DNA of 29,926 nt from a virus (taxonomy: Duplodnaviria; Caudoviricetes), in IMG/VR virus record IMGVR_UViG_3300030389_004227, positions 1 to 29,926 of that record. One strand, written 5' to 3'. The translations under genes and the position numbers were made by a program. How positions within the stretch are numbered: position 1 is the stretch's first letter; each line of letters begins with the position of its first letter. Of this stretch, positions 16,239 to 26,548 are shown in pieces. The notes under the pieces were generated by a model, which worked only from the letters and a program-made list of their open reading frames with translations, made no database searches and was not told the DNA's origin.

Positions 16239-17315
16239 TTAACCCCTCGACCCTTCAAGCTTCTTAATCCGCTCGTGCATATCCTTGTTCGCCGCCAGCA
16301 TGGCCCCAATCGCTCGCTCCACGTCGACCATCTGCACCCCACCGGCAGACTCTGCCACCATGCCTCTGCCCATCTCAGATTTCTTCAGGCTTTGCGCCAT
16401 GCCGCCGAAGATGCCTTTTTTGCTCCCACGGTCGTACTTCTTGGTCTCAAGCTTATCGAGCATGTTCCTAGCTGCCTTACCCACCGGCTTCTTGTTAGTC
16501 TTCATGTCTTCATCTGACACAATAAAGGCCGCGCCAAGCGTGCCAGCGAGACCAAGCAAGCCCTGTAAAAACTGCTGTTGACGTTGGCGTGCAGCCATCT
16601 CTTGTTGCGCCTGCCGCGTCATGTCCATCGTCATGGCTTCCTCGCCTGCTATGGAGCGCTGCAAGAGGAAATCATCAAGAGCCTGGCGAGCGCTCTCTCG
16701 CTCAGCCCTGCGCAGATCGGTGACATAGCCCGTTGCCAAAGCCTGCATGGCGTCGCGGCTTTGCTGTGCGCCAAGTTGGGAAGCTGCTGCTGACCGCCCT
16801 CGGCGGCCACGCGCCATTGCTGTCTGCGCCTGACGCAACTGCTGCATCGTCCGGTTCAGCTCTTGCTCTTGAAAGCTAGGGCCTGCTTCGCCACGGGCTT
16901 CACGGCTTAGCTGCGCTGCGCGCTCTCGTGCTATCGAGCTACTGAGGCCAGCTTGTCGTCGGCCTTTATCCTTGGCGATGGCATCGAGGTAGTTTTGGAA
17001 GGATCTTGTGCCGCGTAACTCATCATCTGACAAATCACCACGGGCATCACCAACGCGCTCGCTGTATTGCCGAAAAGCATCTTCAATTTCTTCGTCAGTC
17101 AATTCCGCCGCATCATAGAATTCCTCTTCGCCTTCTTGATAATCACCAGGGGCGCCGGGAACTTGGTCCTGCGGCAAATTGCTTTCTTGCTCATCAATTT
17201 CACGCTGTCGCCGTCGTCGAGCGCGTTGGCGTTCTGCCTCGTCGTCGCCGTAGTACTCGCCGTAGGACATGCCCCGCTCATCATACTGGCCTGCATCCTG
17301 CTCGTTTTCACCCAT
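16239..17315 (-). CDS. internal virion protein with C-terminal peptidase S74-like (intramolecular chaperone) domain
   Basis: SDEDMK...G.MAQ...VD...RIKKLE after a Gly-rich hydrophobic helix; SD GGAGG before ATG 17315. Confidence 0.7.
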   Translation of the reverse strand: MGENEQDAGQYDERGMSYGEYYGDDEAERQRARRRRQREIDEQESNLPQDQVPGAPGDYQEGEEEFYDAAELTDEEIEDAFRQYSERVGDARGDLSDDELRGTRSFQNYLDAIAKDKGRRQAGLSSSIARERAAQLSREARGEAGPSFQEQELNRTMQQLRQAQTAMARGRRGRSAAASQLGAQQSRDAMQALATGYVTDLRRAERESARQALDDFLLQRSIAGEEAMTMDMTRQAQQEMAARQRQQQFLQGLLGLAGTLGAAFIVSDEDMKTNKKPVGKAARNMLDKLETKKYDRGSKKGIFGGMAQSLKKSEMGRGMVAESAGGVQMVDVERAIGAMLAANKDMHERIKKLEGSRG

Positions 17316-18015
17316 AACCAAACCCTCCACCACGTTGGGAGCTAGTCATCTCCGGCATAAAGTTAGCCAAGGCGCTGTCGTAGCCCACCGCTGGCGACAT
17401 TGGTCCTGGCCCTGGCATTCTTGCAGGCGCGTCTTCAGAGCCCTCTAGGAACTCATCGAGCAGAGCTTCGCGCTCACGCAGTGACCGCTGCCGTAACTGC
17501 TCGCCATAACCGCTATCAGTCATGCCAGGCATGCGCTTAGTGGCGCTCTCAGCGTCTGCCATCAGAATTTCGTCGATGGCGACATCGGTCTCATCCGTTG
17601 GCTTGCCGGTTTTCTTGTACGTTAAATAACCCTGTGCCAAAGCGTTAGCCACGCCCATAGCCAACTGAGTGCGTTGCGCTCTTTCAGCCTCGTTCATTCT
17701 CTGTTGAATGGCCAGCTCCTGTCGCTCTCTGCCTTCAATCGCAGCGGCTAGTCGGTTGGTCATGTTGTTAAGAGCTGCCGTACGACGTTCGCGCAGTTGA
17801 CTCATGGCCGCACTTTGTCGACCAAGGATTTGCGCGAGAATTGCCTCGGTGATTGCTCGCTGGATAAGCAACCGACGAGGATCTCCGCGGCCGTCGCCAC
17901 TGCGACTTTGCTGCGTCTTGACGGCTTCGGTAATCATCGAACGAGCATTGACCGGTAGTTGGCCCGAGTTCGACATTGCGCGCATGAACGCCGCGTGATT
18001 TCTGGGTGCAGCCAT
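17308..18015 (-). CDS. putative internal virion protein
   Basis: Helical, Ala/Gln/Arg-rich; TAATG-coupled to the tail hub gene. Confidence 0.6.
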   Translation of the reverse strand: MAAPRNHAAFMRAMSNSGQLPVNARSMITEAVKTQQSRSGDGRGDPRRLLIQRAITEAILAQILGRQSAAMSQLRERRTAALNNMTNRLAAAIEGRERQELAIQQRMNEAERAQRTQLAMGVANALAQGYLTYKKTGKPTDETDVAIDEILMADAESATKRMPGMTDSGYGEQLRQRSLREREALLDEFLEGSEDAPARMPGPGPMSPAVGYDSALANFMPEMTSSQRGGGFGYG

Positions 18016-21000
18016 TACGCAGTCCTCTCTGTAGGCTGTTTAAACGTAGCGTTAGGTCGAAGACCAATCTCGAAAGCAATAGCGTCTAGGGTGGCGATGC
18101 CTAGGCTGGACGCCGTAGAAGTGCCGCTTCTTGCGATTTGAATGGCGACTTGAACACTGGCAGCTTTTTGATGCGGAACATGATGGCGCAACACTGTTTG
18201 CTGGTAGCCACCGGAGACATTACCCGCGGCTGTCGAAAAAGCGACCGCTCCAGTTGTGGATAGTTTGCTGCTGTCCTGGTCAGTAAAGACAATCATGTTC
18301 TGCGTATGGTCTTCCAGGTAGTTGCCCATAAGCTTAATACGGTACAAGCGAACCGCATTGCCTATCTCTGGTAAGCGCAGACTGTTCAGGGTGACTACAA
18401 GGCTGTAGCCAGTAGTGGTATCGATGACATCATCACCGCCAACGTTGGCCACCTGGTCGACAAAAGTGCTGGTGTCCTCTGTGCGAACTCTTCCGTAGTC
18501 GCCAACGTAGAAGAAGGTGCCCTGGCAATACTCTATTCCTCTAACCGTGTTGGAGGACGTTACGAGCGTCTCTGACCACGTGTTAAATGCGTAGTTGTAC
18601 ACAAGGATATCGCCATCTGATAGACCGAAGCGCACTTCGTTAAAGGCATCGATAGACACAATCTTGATGACTTCAAGGCTACCGATGGTGTCCTCTACGG
18701 ATTTACCAATGTAGCTAATTTGCAGGTTGCGACCAATTAGGTACACGCCGCGTCGGCTGACATACATCACGCCGATGGGTGTGTTTGCGTGCGCCTTGTA
18801 TTGTTCCATCCCTTGGCCAGGGGCAAATAACTTGGGGTGTGTAAACGCGCCGTTGCCGCCCGTGCCGTCAGGCCCTTCGCCGGAGACTCGATAAACCCCT
18901 GCCTCTGTAAAAACCAAAAGGGTCTCTACGTTGTTTTCGATGCCAGTAATATCTTTGGCGTAATTGTCGACCGTGAAGTACTGGCTTGTAGCCACAAAGA
19001 AGGGAGAGAGGCCTGGCGTTAGTGTACTGCTGAAGTAGACAGCATTGTCAGCCCCAACTGCAAAGATGCGATTCCGGAAAACAGTGATATCGGTGCAGCT
19101 GCCAGGAGGGACGTGCGCTAGCTCTCCGAGGTCCGTGTACAGCGGCGTGTTGTCGGTCAAACCGTAGCCAGTGACATCCGTAAAGCTGTAGGTCATGCTG
19201 CCGTCGATGGCTTTGCTTGCTACCTTGTGCTTTTGCGAACCACCTGTGTCCGTTCGATATAGGACAATTTTTGGGTCTCTTTTGTGCGTGAGCTGGAGGC
19301 CGTAGATAACAAGGTCCACCGAGTTGGAGCTTGCATGCGTGGTTGTAACTGACACCTGCTCAGAGGGCGCGCTTTGCTGTAGATTGCCATGCTGGTCTTG
19401 CCACTCGAAAACTGCTTGATACAGGTACGTACCGGCTGGGATGCTGCCGCCGCTTGTTTGGGGATCGACGCTGCGAAACGTGGGGCTAAACAAGAATCCA
19501 AGCTCTTTGAAGTAGTCACCGGCATAGTGAAACAGTAAGCCGCCTGCCGTGATAAGCGAATTGCCAGCCTGTGCCGATGGCATGTAGCGGTCTGGCAAAA
19601 GGTCGACTGTGGCCGTCGTGGCGTTCATGATGTTTGTATTCACAAACTCGTGATTGGCCACAAACTTACTGCATCCAAACAAATACTTCTGATCGCCAAG
19701 GTGGGTGATACGCTGCGCGCCGTAATGCAATCGTGCACCATCGTAGATCGTGTTGCTGCCAGCGAGGCTACTGTAGAACCCAATGCCCGCCATATACAGC
19801 GAGGCCTCCGAGGTTGAGCTGCTGGCTTCCCCAAACAAAGACGCGGCCACTGGGAGACCTGCTGAGTTTACCATCACAGTTCTGCTGCTAGACGAGTATC
19901 CTGCGTTGCCGTTATGCATCGAAACGCCAAAAACGTACTCAGGATACTGGTTGACGAATTGATTTGTATTTGGCGAGTGCATCAAGTCTGTTACCAAGCT
20001 TGCATTGGTTACAAAGTCGGCAGAGTCGCGGGTCACCGTCCCATCGCTTGCTACGGAAATTTTTCGCAGGCCATGAGTTTTTTGTTCCAATGGGGAACCG
20101 CTTGGGTTTGTGCCGGTAGGCTTGGTTGCAAGGTCGCTGGAGCCAGATAAGCCATGCTCAATCACATACAGAAACGGAGCCGTTGAAGGTATGCTGGTCT
20201 GTGAGATTACAGAGCCCGCTATCAAGGTGCTAGAGCTTTTAAGCAGGACATGCTGGTGCTGATAGGTGTAGTCCTGAGTTAGCACCGAGGTGCGAATATC
20301 GCCGCCGGCGGTGTACATAACCACGATGCGCGAGCTTGCGTTTTTCTTGCTGCTGTCGGTAGTTGTTCCTGTAGGGGTGTTTAAACAACGCACTACTGGC
20401 AGGGAGACAAGTGGATCCGCATTGTTGACTGACGAGTCTGTCCCCGTGGTGTGCTGGCTGATAGGCGTGCTGCCGGTAGAAAACAAATTGGTCGAGCTTT
20501 CAAGGCTCAAGACGCCGCTACCGCTATCTGTAAACATAGCGAGCGCGTACTCGTTCTCATGGCCACTTCCGTTATTCTTTACGAAAAAGATAACCAGGGC
20601 GCCGACATCATGCGTGGTTGTGAAAAGCGTATCGCAGCTAAAGGCCACTCTGCCAGCTTGGCCAAGGCTAAGGCCAAACGAGGTCGAGCTGGTGGAGATA
20701 CTGGTCGGGATAGTGCCGCTGGTCAGGTCAATCTTCCAGTAACGAATAGCAGAGCTTTGATAGGCTACGATGTAAACGTAGTTGCCCATGGCCAGGGCAT
20801 AGGGCGAAGGCGTTGTATAGTACCCTGTGGCCGTGCCAGCTCCGACAATCGACTCACTTGCCAAAAGGGTTGGCGCGACTACCTCTGTGTTGTTGTCGAG
20901 GTCCTTGATGGTCGCCATAATGCGGTAGGATGTCCCACTGGCTGACATAAGCACTTCAACGTAGGCGTAAACTGCCAGGTCACCCACCACGGCGACTGAC

Positions 21001-21368
21001 GGGGCACTTTGATAGGCGTTGAGGTTGCTGGCAATGTGGTCCTGTTTAAACGTAGCCGCCGACACTTGGCCCCGGTCAATCATCCGATAAGAGCCACTAT
21101 TCTCAATAGTACTAAAGGCGTTTTTACCATTAAAAGAGATTAACTCGTCTTTATAGGCTGCTGTGCCGTAGGACTTACCGATCTGCGTGCCGGATGCGTC
21201 AAGCTGCGTTTGGTGCTTTAGACCGTAGCGCAGAGCAATCTGCCCGGTCTTCTCAAACCGTGCATCTTGTAAGCCCTGGAGGCTGCCGTTGACCACGGAG
21301 CTTAGGCCCTCTTTGGTCTCAATGCCCTTGTTAAAGGGCAGGACAACCGTTTGTTTCTTGAGAGCCAT
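18015..21368 (-). CDS. tail hub/nozzle protein (P22 gp10 / T7 gp12-like)
   Basis: 1117 aa beta-rich; N-terminal F..G.....L....ARF...G....R.G pattern; propeller-like FRNRIF...VYFS, LLVF...VY; follows the adaptor gene. Confidence 0.7.
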   Translation of the reverse strand: MALKKQTVVLPFNKGIETKEGLSSVVNGSLQGLQDARFEKTGQIALRYGLKHQTQLDASGTQIGKSYGTAAYKDELISFNGKNAFSTIENSGSYRMIDRGQVSAATFKQDHIASNLNAYQSAPSVAVVGDLAVYAYVEVLMSASGTSYRIMATIKDLDNNTEVVAPTLLASESIVGAGTATGYYTTPSPYALAMGNYVYIVAYQSSAIRYWKIDLTSGTIPTSISTSSTSFGLSLGQAGRVAFSCDTLFTTTHDVGALVIFFVKNNGSGHENEYALAMFTDSGSGVLSLESSTNLFSTGSTPISQHTTGTDSSVNNADPLVSLPVVRCLNTPTGTTTDSSKKNASSRIVVMYTAGGDIRTSVLTQDYTYQHQHVLLKSSSTLIAGSVISQTSIPSTAPFLYVIEHGLSGSSDLATKPTGTNPSGSPLEQKTHGLRKISVASDGTVTRDSADFVTNASLVTDLMHSPNTNQFVNQYPEYVFGVSMHNGNAGYSSSSRTVMVNSAGLPVAASLFGEASSSTSEASLYMAGIGFYSSLAGSNTIYDGARLHYGAQRITHLGDQKYLFGCSKFVANHEFVNTNIMNATTATVDLLPDRYMPSAQAGNSLITAGGLLFHYAGDYFKELGFLFSPTFRSVDPQTSGGSIPAGTYLYQAVFEWQDQHGNLQQSAPSEQVSVTTTHASSNSVDLVIYGLQLTHKRDPKIVLYRTDTGGSQKHKVASKAIDGSMTYSFTDVTGYGLTDNTPLYTDLGELAHVPPGSCTDITVFRNRIFAVGADNAVYFSSTLTPGLSPFFVATSQYFTVDNYAKDITGIENNVETLLVFTEAGVYRVSGEGPDGTGGNGAFTHPKLFAPGQGMEQYKAHANTPIGVMYVSRRGVYLIGRNLQISYIGKSVEDTIGSLEVIKIVSIDAFNEVRFGLSDGDILVYNYAFNTWSETLVTSSNTVRGIEYCQGTFFYVGDYGRVRTEDTSTFVDQVANVGGDDVIDTTTGYSLVVTLNSLRLPEIGNAVRLYRIKLMGNYLEDHTQNMIVFTDQDSSKLSTTGAVAFSTAAGNVSGGYQQTVLRHHVPHQKAASVQVAIQIARSGTSTASSLGIATLDAIAFEIGLRPNATFKQPTERTA

Positions 21369-22060
21369 TAGACGAAGAACATCTCGTCCACACCGATAGA
21401 GACGTCGCGGACGGCATAGGTTGGGTCGCCAGCATTGCGGTAAGTCGCTGCGGTCTCGATGCGCTCCTTTAGTTCACGCTTTTGCGCCAGGTGAACACGC
21501 ACGTCTGACTCTTCTTTTTGCAGGCAATTAATAGCTGCGCAGATTACTGCATACTCCTCATAGCCATTTGGGATATTTGCCAAGGTGTCTTCTGTTTGCG
21601 TCGTTGACAGCTTTTGAGCTTCGGGCACGTAGAAGAGCGTAGCGGTGCCGCTGGTGCTCGGCTTCGGGATGAACTTTAGCTTACTGCCTTGGACGTGGTA
21701 ACGCGGCGTGGCGACAATGCCAGTGTTGTAAAACAGGTTGTTGTACATATTACGCTCGCCGAAATGGTAGCTGCGAAGGTTGACCACGGTCGTGCTTAGA
21801 CTGTTCGTTTGGTAGTCGACACCTAGCACCTTGTAGAAGTCACTAGGCAGGTCAAACTCGTTATCTACCCCGCCAACTAGCTCAAACTCTGCTGACTTAA
21901 GACTGTAGTCTTCGTACTTGGTCACCAGGATGTCGTGTAGTTCAGCGATGCCATTGTTGAGATAGTCAGTCACCTCGACGTCGGTGACGAAGGTGCTACC
22001 CACCATATCGGCGCGTCGTCGGACCCTAGCAATCAAGTCGGTTTTCGCAAAGGACCCCAT
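21368..22060 (-). CDS. head-tail adaptor protein
   Basis: LIARVRRRADM...FVTD.E..DYLN, LPSDF, FIPKP; SD AAGGAG; position after the capsid gene. Confidence 0.7.
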   Translation of the reverse strand: MGSFAKTDLIARVRRRADMVGSTFVTDVEVTDYLNNGIAELHDILVTKYEDYSLKSAEFELVGGVDNEFDLPSDFYKVLGVDYQTNSLSTTVVNLRSYHFGERNMYNNLFYNTGIVATPRYHVQGSKLKFIPKPSTSGTATLFYVPEAQKLSTTQTEDTLANIPNGYEEYAVICAAINCLQKEESDVRVHLAQKRELKERIETAATYRNAGDPTYAVRDVSIGVDEMFFV

Positions 22061-22074
22061 GTGCCACGCTCCTT

Positions 22075-22108
22075 AAAAAAGCAGGGGGGCATCGCCTCCC
22101 CCCTGCTT
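22075..22108 (-). terminator. rho-independent terminator after the capsid region
   Basis: 11-bp perfect stem (22079-22089 / 22098-22108), 8-nt loop, U-tract on the minus strand. Confidence 0.8.
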
Positions 22109-22109
22109 C

Positions 22110-22322
22110 TCACTCAACCTCGCCACCATCTAAGTTTGCTGAGTGAATTGTAAAAAAGTCTTGCAGGGCTGCAATGCCCGCGCCTTTGTCGTCGGCTTGG
22201 ATGGCTTGTGCCAGTGCATCAAAAGCTGCAACGAGGCCCGGATGATGACCCTCACCTTCGCCCAATTGCTTTCTTTCTCGTGCCTGCTTCACGATGGAAG
22301 ACGCCAAGCTTGATAAATCCAT
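22110..22322 (-). CDS. small hypothetical protein
   Basis: 70-aa helical ORF between the capsid gene and the terminator; AGGA SD. Confidence 0.6.
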   Translation of the reverse strand: MDLSSLASSIVKQARERKQLGEGEGHHPGLVAAFDALAQAIQADDKGAGIAALQDFFTIHSANLDGGEVE

Positions 22323-22399
22323 AACGCAAATCCTAGATAATAATGGTGGTGGATGGGCCCCGGCGATACGTCCACCGAGACCCCGAGGTTAGCTAAGTG

Positions 22400-23767
22400 T
22401 TAGTCTAGGACAATGCGGCAGTTAGCCGACGGGCGGCTACATCCAAGTTGTCCATAAAATCCCATTCTGAGACTTAGACTGTCACTTGACGCATCCCGCA
22501 ACATCTTCAGCCCGTCAAGGCTAAGGATGTGTGGAGCTTCACCAAGTGAGTACAGCTTCCAGGTGTTCATCTGGAGCAGGAAGACGTCATCAGCAGGGCA
22601 ATCAGGATCTGCCAAGAGGGTAATATCCCCTGTTGGAGTCTTGAAGTTGATGCCATCAAAGCCAATTGATGGAACATCGCCAGCTGTAATGCGGTATGGC
22701 CGCTCATTGGATGAGCCCTTCGCGGTCAACTCTTTAGTTAGCTGAACGAAGGTCTTGTAAGAGCAGATAGCAACATCAGGGCTTCCGCCTTCTCGTCCGA
22801 GAATAGCAGAGGCATCGATAAGGCTGTCATGCACGTTGCTCTTATCACCATCTACGAAGAGGCCAGCCAAGCGTGTGCGATCAACGCTTCGGTTTACACC
22901 GAAGAAGTTATCGCTAGCACTCACTGTAGAAGGCAGCCATCGCTGAAGGCCGGAGATTCGCACAAGAGCGTTGCCCTGCGCGGCGTCACCACTTGGTACG
23001 ACAAAGTCATCAGCAGCAGTACTGCCGACGATGCTGTCTACTGTGACGTTACCAAAAACACGGTCGACCTTTGTTACAACCATGGAGCCAGAGCGGAGAG
23101 CGCCATCAGCGTTTGTACCGCCGTTGGTGACAACAAGTTTCTGACCCACCTCGAAGTGCACAATGTCTTCGACGTTTTCAGTCTGAAAGGTGTTGTTATC
23201 TGCAAGCGCTGGTCCACGACGGTTAGTGCTGAAGCCTGTGCCGACACCCAAAATCTTGCAGAGCTTACCAGTTCCATCGCCAAAAACTGCTCGGCAAAGC
23301 GAGCGCTTCATGGCGTAGATAGCTCCGTCCACTTCCATGGTAAGGAAGTCTAGGAAGCTGCCTGCGTTGCCACGCGTGGCCAGGATTGCTTCCGCGTCTA
23401 ATTGCGCGTGGGCATAGTCCCGGACCCTCGTCAAATGGAATGCCTTAACACCAGCGCTGCTGGTTTGGCCCTGTGAATCAGTGAAGCTTTGCGAGCGCCG
23501 CTGATTGGTGGCGAACTGGATAGGTTGAACCATGTATGGTCCACCAAACGACGTAGTGTCCTTTGGCAGGAGCGCATAGAAGGGATTGTTCTCGTACATC
23601 ACTGCGCGAATTCGCTCAGGGGTGTAGATTTCCTTCAGCGCACCTTCGACCGTCTCAAGCGCGACTGCGCCCGCTGCGGTGTTGGTTGCGTAGGTTTTGG
23701 TATACTGGACTTCCGAATCGTTAAAGCCGGTATTATTGGCTCCGGCGGCCGCTGGTGATACAGGCAT
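22400..23767 (-). CDS. major capsid protein
   Basis: 455 aa following portal and scaffold; LKEIY...NNPFYALL, GLQRW...FFGVNRS, G.LGC..P..N C-terminus. Confidence 0.85.
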   Translation of the reverse strand: MPVSPAAAGANNTGFNDSEVQYTKTYATNTAAGAVALETVEGALKEIYTPERIRAVMYENNPFYALLPKDTTSFGGPYMVQPIQFATNQRRSQSFTDSQGQTSSAGVKAFHLTRVRDYAHAQLDAEAILATRGNAGSFLDFLTMEVDGAIYAMKRSLCRAVFGDGTGKLCKILGVGTGFSTNRRGPALADNNTFQTENVEDIVHFEVGQKLVVTNGGTNADGALRSGSMVVTKVDRVFGNVTVDSIVGSTAADDFVVPSGDAAQGNALVRISGLQRWLPSTVSASDNFFGVNRSVDRTRLAGLFVDGDKSNVHDSLIDASAILGREGGSPDVAICSYKTFVQLTKELTAKGSSNERPYRITAGDVPSIGFDGINFKTPTGDITLLADPDCPADDVFLLQMNTWKLYSLGEAPHILSLDGLKMLRDASSDSLSLRMGFYGQLGCSRPSANCRIVLD

Positions 23768-23780
23768 AGCCTCTCATTCC

Positions 23781-24653
23781 TTACTCCGGTGCATTAAAGC
23801 GCAGAAGGGCGGCTGCCCGTTTCTTGGCCTCATCCATCGGTAAAATACCCTCAGACTTCACCGTTCTGGTTGCCTGCTGGTCGTTTGTGAGTGTCTGTAG
23901 CCTTCCCCGGTACGGGGCTTGTGCTTGGCGGCTAGCCTTTGCCTGCGCTTCTTCGAGTTCTTTTCTGATTTGGTCAGATAACTCGCTTCGTACTTTTTTG
24001 CCCAGCTTGCTACTCTGTAAGTAGCTCTGCCCTTCTTTGAGCAATTCCTGCTCTACAAGCTTGGCAGCTTCCTGAACCGGCAATTCTTCACCGGTCTCTT
24101 TATGGTACTCACTGATAACCTCAACAACTGCATGATAAGCATCGCGAACTTTTATCAGCTCATACTCGTGACTATTATCTACGTAATTTTTTACACCGTC
24201 AACGAATTCATTATACAGGCGTTGATACTTAGCCTCTTCCTGCTCTGCTGTGCGGCTGGCCTGCTGCTGCCGCATTTGCTCAAGCTCCTGACGAAGTTTT
24301 ACGACTTCACGGCGTGACTCTTCTTCGACCGGCAACTGGCCCTGATTTACCTCATCGGTAAGAACGTCTTTAAGTGACACACCTGCGCGCTTAAGAAACT
24401 CTGTGGGGTTGCTGCGAGCAAGGTCGAAAACCTTTTCATATTTTGCAACCTTTTCCTCGAGTTCTTTGCTTTGCACCTTTTGCTGGCGATACACCTTTTC
24501 TTTTTGCGCAAGTTTTGCAAATTGACGGTGAAGCGGAGACTCAGCCTGTTGCTCGGGGGAAGCCGGATTAGGCTGAATCTCCTTCTCAGGCTGTGGGGAT
24601 GCCTGATCTTCGTTTTGAATGGCTTGGGGTGCTTCGGTATTGGTGGCTTCCAT
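23781..24653 (-). CDS. capsid scaffolding protein
   Basis: Acidic/Pro N-terminus, coiled coil, TLTN motif and short basic C-terminal helix; between portal and capsid. Confidence 0.75.
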   Translation of the reverse strand: MEATNTEAPQAIQNEDQASPQPEKEIQPNPASPEQQAESPLHRQFAKLAQKEKVYRQQKVQSKELEEKVAKYEKVFDLARSNPTEFLKRAGVSLKDVLTDEVNQGQLPVEEESRREVVKLRQELEQMRQQQASRTAEQEEAKYQRLYNEFVDGVKNYVDNSHEYELIKVRDAYHAVVEVISEYHKETGEELPVQEAAKLVEQELLKEGQSYLQSSKLGKKVRSELSDQIRKELEEAQAKASRQAQAPYRGRLQTLTNDQQATRTVKSEGILPMDEAKKRAAALLRFNAPE

Positions 24654-24666
24654 TGTGTTCTCCTGG

Positions 24667-26538
24667 TTACATCATTGGGGGCAGAGCTGGCTGCTCTACT
24701 GGTGTTACTGGCTCTTCAGCCATGAGTTGTGGTGGCATACCTGCCGGAGTAGCGCCGGAGGGGCCTTGAGACCCTTGCGCCATCTGGTTTTGTATTTCTG
24801 GAGGGGCAAATGGGCTTTGTAGCTTGGTCTGAAGCAGCGCTGCCGACTCTTCCAAAAACCTACGCAGTAAATCCAAGCGCTCCTCGGGTGCCCCTTGTGT
24901 TTTGGCCAGCAAGTAGGCCGAGTTTACCATCTCTAGAGCCATAGGAATGTTCATCATCGGCTCTGGGACGTGGTAATTGCCCCGCTCAAGCATTTCTTCG
25001 ATAAGAAGCTGAATATCCTTGTAGGCAGCGGTTGCGAGGTTGTTGACGCTCTCCAGATCAGGATAATCGAGCAAAACAAGCGCTTGCCGCTTATCGAGGA
25101 GGCCACCTTGTAGCATCTCAATGGTCCGCTGAAGTTTTGCCGCTGGGGTAGCCGGTAGAAGGTTGGTTGGGTACACCTTCATCACGTACATGTCCTCAGC
25201 TAGGTCAATTTCGGACCATTTGATTTTCTCAATCTCTTTATCGCCATGAGAGATAACCTCTGTATCCTCACCATCGGCGTGGAGGTCCCTTGCGAGGTCA
25301 ATCATGAGCTTACCGGCATCGAGATACGCCTGCTCGTAGCGCTGGGCCAAAAGCATAAAGCGCTCGGTGGTGATATCGTTAAACTCACGCAGAGCAACGC
25401 CACTCTCAAGGCCAGCTGGCTTGCGGCTGGTCGCATCGAGCATTGAGACGCCAGCAATCTCGTAGGCACGGTTGTAGAGCCTGTCGATGTGCTGAACAAC
25501 GTCAGGGCTTACTGTGCGAGGTACGTAGAAGGTAGGCGGCGTGCCTGTGTAGTTGATGACACCCCACACCTCGTTAGACAGCTGCATCTTTGAGACTTGC
25601 GAGCCCATTTCTACCAATATCTTGGGCTTGGCGAGGTGTTGTTGTTCCTGAATTGCACGCAGTAGCCGATTAAGTTCGATCTGGATGCCAGTGAGTTGCT
25701 CGATGAGTCCACTGCCATAGTAGCCAAGGAGTTTCTCTTGGTAGCGCAGCGTCACAAACGGAAAGTGGGTCTTGGTATACAGCTCGTCGAGCAAGACCAA
25801 GCCATCTACCGCAATGACGTGTCGTCCTTCACCACCCTTAACGGTCGGCAAGTGCCAGGCCTCGATGACTTCGAGCTGGGGCGGCAAGTTGCGCCGGTCC
25901 TCAAGGGCCTCTGCGTGCTCCACACGGTCAAGCTGTTCTGCGAGGTGGGGATAGAGCCCCTTGAGAGTTTCGAGCGAGATGTATTTACGCTGATACAAGG
26001 TTTGCGGTCTTGCATACATAGATTCAGAGTCATCACATAGAATTTCAGAGGGCAGTACGCGTTCACAAGCGATGCCTTTCTGAGAGCAGTGAAAAACCTT
26101 GAGAAAGCCCGTACCAAAAATGAGAGCATCCATCACCACCTTGGGCATCACCGCGTAGATATCGGTGTGGTAAAACTGGCCAAAGACAAACCGGTCGAGC
26201 CGTCGCGCTTTGCGCTGCTGGGTAAAGTCGCCACCAGAAGTCAGGAAGGTAGCTTTCGGTCTGTTTTTGCAGAGCTTGGCCGCAACGGTGTCGCACATAG
26301 ACGCGCAGATATTCATCGTTACGCGGTGCATGTTTGCCCTACTTACCTGGCGTGCATAGCCGCGTAAGCTCAGGTCTCGCGTGTAGGCATTACCGTAGAG
26401 GCGTGCATGCGTTAAATCTTCGGCAGCGCGGTACGCTTGATGCTCGTCGATTGCGCGGACGTGGGAGAAGATGCCTTCGTCAATATTGTTATCTCGTAAC
26501 CACCAGTGGGGCGAAAAGTGCATCATCGTGCTGCTCAT
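24667..26538 (-). CDS. portal protein
   Basis: 623 aa after TerL; NIC...K...P, DALIFGTGF.K, FPFV...YG.G....L..IQ.ELN, SGVAL; Pro/Gln tail. Confidence 0.88.
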   Translation of the reverse strand: MSSTMMHFSPHWWLRDNNIDEGIFSHVRAIDEHQAYRAAEDLTHARLYGNAYTRDLSLRGYARQVSRANMHRVTMNICASMCDTVAAKLCKNRPKATFLTSGGDFTQQRKARRLDRFVFGQFYHTDIYAVMPKVVMDALIFGTGFLKVFHCSQKGIACERVLPSEILCDDSESMYARPQTLYQRKYISLETLKGLYPHLAEQLDRVEHAEALEDRRNLPPQLEVIEAWHLPTVKGGEGRHVIAVDGLVLLDELYTKTHFPFVTLRYQEKLLGYYGSGLIEQLTGIQIELNRLLRAIQEQQHLAKPKILVEMGSQVSKMQLSNEVWGVINYTGTPPTFYVPRTVSPDVVQHIDRLYNRAYEIAGVSMLDATSRKPAGLESGVALREFNDITTERFMLLAQRYEQAYLDAGKLMIDLARDLHADGEDTEVISHGDKEIEKIKWSEIDLAEDMYVMKVYPTNLLPATPAAKLQRTIEMLQGGLLDKRQALVLLDYPDLESVNNLATAAYKDIQLLIEEMLERGNYHVPEPMMNIPMALEMVNSAYLLAKTQGAPEERLDLLRRFLEESAALLQTKLQSPFAPPEIQNQMAQGSQGPSGATPAGMPPQLMAEEPVTPVEQPALPPMM

Positions 26539-26548
26539 GACCTAACTC

